Assembly: GCA_031409655.1 (NCBI GenBank)
Contig: JANNXQ010000257.1
Location: 1 to 36,169, forward strand
DNA: 36,169 nt
Source of the DNA: Chthoniobacteraceae bacterium
GTDB taxonomy: Bacteria > Verrucomicrobiota > Verrucomicrobiia > Chthoniobacterales > Chthoniobacteraceae
Direction: 5' to 3'
Part shown: piece after piece, positions 34,197 to 36,169 of the stretch
Layout of the letters: every line of letters starts with the position of its first letter
Numbering within the stretch: position 1 is the stretch's first letter
Notes under the pieces: generated by a model
Databases searched by the model: none
The model's input: the letters and a program-made list of their open reading frames with translations, nothing else
What the model was told of the DNA's origin: nothing
Translations under genes and position numbers: made by a program

Positions 34197-35873
34197 TCAG
34201 CGGGCAAAGAGGACGACGAGCAATTGCGCGACGAGGATGCGCAGGAGCATCGTCAGTGGATAGACGGTGGCGTAAGCGACCGACGGCGCGTCGGAGTGGT
34301 TGATCGCATTCGCAAAGGCGAGAGCCGGCGGGTCAGTCATGCTGCCGGAGAGCAGGCCGCAGAGGTGGATGAAATTCAGCTTCATGAAAAAGCGGCCGAC
34401 CCACGCTGCGAGGAGCAGCGGCACGAGCGTGATGACCGCGCCGCAGGCCACCCACAGCGCGCCCTGCGTGGTCCAGAGGATGGAGAAAAAATGTTCGCCC
34501 GCCTTCAGCCCGGCGCACGCAAGGAAGAGCGTGATGCCGAGTTCGCGCAGGGCGAGGTTCGCATTCAGCGGCATGTACCAGAGCAGCGTGCCGATGCGCC
34601 CGATGCGGCTGAGCACGATCGCGGCGATGAGCGGCCCCCCGGCCAGCCCGAGCCGCACCGGCATGGGCATCGCGGCCAGCGAGATCGGGTAGAGCCCGAG
34701 GAGCACGCCGAGCCCGATGCCGGTGAACATCGCGATGAAGTTCGTGCGATTCAGATCCTTGACCGCGTTGCCGAGCACCGCCGCGACCTTTGCGATATCG
34801 GCCTCCTTGCCCACGATCTGCAGCATGTCGCCAAATTGCAGCCGCAGCGCCGGCACCGCGCTCATCTCCACATCCGCCCGGCTCACGCGCGTCACCGTCA
34901 CGCCGTAGCGCTGCGTCAGCTCCAACTCGCGAATCGTCCGGCCGAGGATCTCCTTCCGCGTGACCACGAAGCGATCGAAGGTCACCGGCCCCGGCGTCTC
35001 CATGAGATCCTCCGGGCTCTCCGCGCCGACGATGAGACAAAGCTCCCGCAGGCTGCGCGACGTGCCGACCGCGAGCACGATGTCACCTTCGTGCAGCACC
35101 GTCTCGGAGTTGGCCACGCTGACCTCGGTTTCGCCCAGGTATTTGATCCGCGAAATGACGACGCCGAGCGTTTCCTTGCCGGGAATCTCTTGCAGCCGCA
35201 GCCCGCCGAGATTCGGATTGCGCACGCGGATGCTCATGCGCGCGAGCGGTTCGCCACCGGCGTCCTGCTCCGCCGCCAAGGCCGCCGCCTCCCGGGCCGG
35301 ATCGATGCGCAAGACCGCGCGCAGCATGACCATCGCGAGGAGGATGCCGACGATCCCCAGGGGATAGGCCACCGCGTAGCCGAGGGCCGGAAGACTCACC
35401 TGCGCCGGGTCGAGGCCGGGCATTTGTTTCAGCGCCTCCTGCGCGGCGCCGAGCGCGGGCGTATTCGTCGTCGCGCCGGCGAAGATGCCCACGGCCGCCG
35501 CCATGTCGATGTGCAGGAGCCAGGAGCACGCGATGGTCAGCAGCGCGCCCACGAGCACGACGCCGGTGGCGAGGAGATTGAGCGGCAGGCCCTGCCGCCG
35601 CAGCGAGGTGAGAAAGCCCGGCCCGACTTGAATGCCGATCGTGTACACGAAGAGGATCAGCCCGAAATCCCGGACGAAGCCGAGCGTCTCCGCGGGGAGC
35701 GTGAGCCGGAAATGTCCGAAGAGAATGCCCGCAAACAGCACCCCGGCGACGCCGAAGCGCACGCCCCGCACCTGCACATGGCCAGCCGCCAGCCCGAGCA
35801 CGGCCACACCCGCGAGGATGAGGACGGCGTAGGCGACGGGTTGCGTCGCGGAGAATTCAGCGAACCCAGGCAT
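34197..35873 (-). CDS. AspT/YidE/YbjL family transporter with two TrkA-C domains
   Basis: 'FGLILFVYTIGIQVGPGF', 'GATTNTPALGAA', 'GYAVAYP', 'GSMTDPPALAFA', 'YATVYP'. Start MPGFAE preferred. Confidence 0.9.
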   Translation of the reverse strand: MPGFAEFSATQPVAYAVLILAGVAVLGLAAGHVQVRGVRFGVAGVLFAGILFGHFRLTLPAETLGFVRDFGLILFVYTIGIQVGPGFLTSLRRQGLPLNLLATGVVLVGALLTIACSWLLHIDMAAAVGIFAGATTNTPALGAAQEALKQMPGLDPAQVSLPALGYAVAYPLGIVGILLAMVMLRAVLRIDPAREAAALAAEQDAGGEPLARMSIRVRNPNLGGLRLQEIPGKETLGVVISRIKYLGETEVSVANSETVLHEGDIVLAVGTSRSLRELCLIVGAESPEDLMETPGPVTFDRFVVTRKEILGRTIRELELTQRYGVTVTRVSRADVEMSAVPALRLQFGDMLQIVGKEADIAKVAAVLGNAVKDLNRTNFIAMFTGIGLGVLLGLYPISLAAMPMPVRLGLAGGPLIAAIVLSRIGRIGTLLWYMPLNANLALRELGITLFLACAGLKAGEHFFSILWTTQGALWVACGAVITLVPLLLAAWVGRFFMKLNFIHLCGLLSGSMTDPPALAFANAINHSDAPSVAYATVYPLTMLLRILVAQLLVVLFAR

Positions 35874-36006
35874 GAGGTCGGCGCCCGTCAGCGGGGTGCG
35901 AATCTTCTCCGGCTCCCGGGCCTCGCGCGTCCTGGCCGCTGGTTCCCCGAGCCTTCCCCGCCACCGGCGAGTCGTCCGTCGCAAGCAGAATGACGCTGTG
36001 TTTCAT
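35857..36006 (-). pseudogene. Possible truncated universal stress protein remnant (49-aa ORF)
   Basis: MKHSVILLATDDSPVAGKA resembles the USP N-terminal 'ILVATDGS..S..A' motif, after which the similarity is lost. Confidence 0.35.
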
Positions 36007-36033
36007 GGTGTCCCTTGGTGATTGTTTCCCTAA

Positions 36034-36169
36034 GGAAACGCTGATTTAATCAGACGCGTGGGCAAAGGTCATGAGGAGGTGCGGGGTCGTAGAGGGATGG
36101 AAGCCCAACGGAGTTTCGCGCAGACCGAGTATAGCCGCAAAAAGAAGATCACCCGGCGGGAGAAGTTCC
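36034..36169 (+). mobile_element. IS5-family insertion sequence, left end (truncated by the window end)
   Basis: Candidate terminal IR GGAAACGCTGATTTAATC preceded by CTAA (YTAR target); transposase start follows. Confidence 0.8.
36097..36169 (+). CDS. IS5 family transposase N-terminus (partial)
   Basis: MEAQRSFAQTEYSRKKKITRREKF matches the IS5-subgroup N-terminal pattern 'Q.SFA..EY..K...TRRE.FL'. Confidence 0.85.
   Translation, partial: MEAQRSFAQTEYSRKKKITRREKF

Noticed and set aside
1044..35993. Long alternative-frame or antisense ORFs (e.g. 1044-2663, 11310-12608, 13897-15378, 20429-22066, 29424-30962, 32791-34263, 34167-35993)
   Set aside because: They overlap well-supported genes, have no recognisable motifs and are typical high-GC shadow ORFs.

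Overview
High-GC bacterial DNA, most likely Verrucomicrobiota (inferred from PEP-CTERM proteins, C/A-rich leaders without Shine-Dalgarno sequences and PVC-type gene content). The window probably spans a whole contig: it starts inside an FG-GAP/IPT surface-protein gene and ends inside an IS5-family element. The centrepiece (1839-21974) is a roughly 20 kb uncharacterised enzyme and export cluster: ALDH/acyl-CoA-reductase-like protein, Fe-ADH, two secreted PQQ-like beta-propellers, HemN-like radical SAM enzyme, chorismate-lyase-fold protein, halogenase-like flavoprotein, GT4, thioesterase, small membrane protein, PaaK-like CoA ligase and a LolD/FtsX-type ABC transporter. Intervening genes split it into three sub-operons. 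Two are headed by nearly the same promoter/palindromic operator (TACG-N4-CGTA) and the third by a partial copy. Next come an SPFH/zinc-ribbon (ydjI/ydjG-like) operon, a phosphate-scavenging surface-protein island with Pho-box-like repeats and a repeated 3' RNA hairpin motif, aquaporin-arsC, pckA and an AspT/YidE transporter. GTAG-type REP palindromes and 7-bp tandem repeats occur between and inside genes. No rRNA, tRNA or CRISPR array was seen. All product calls come from motif recognition by eye; no database search was run.
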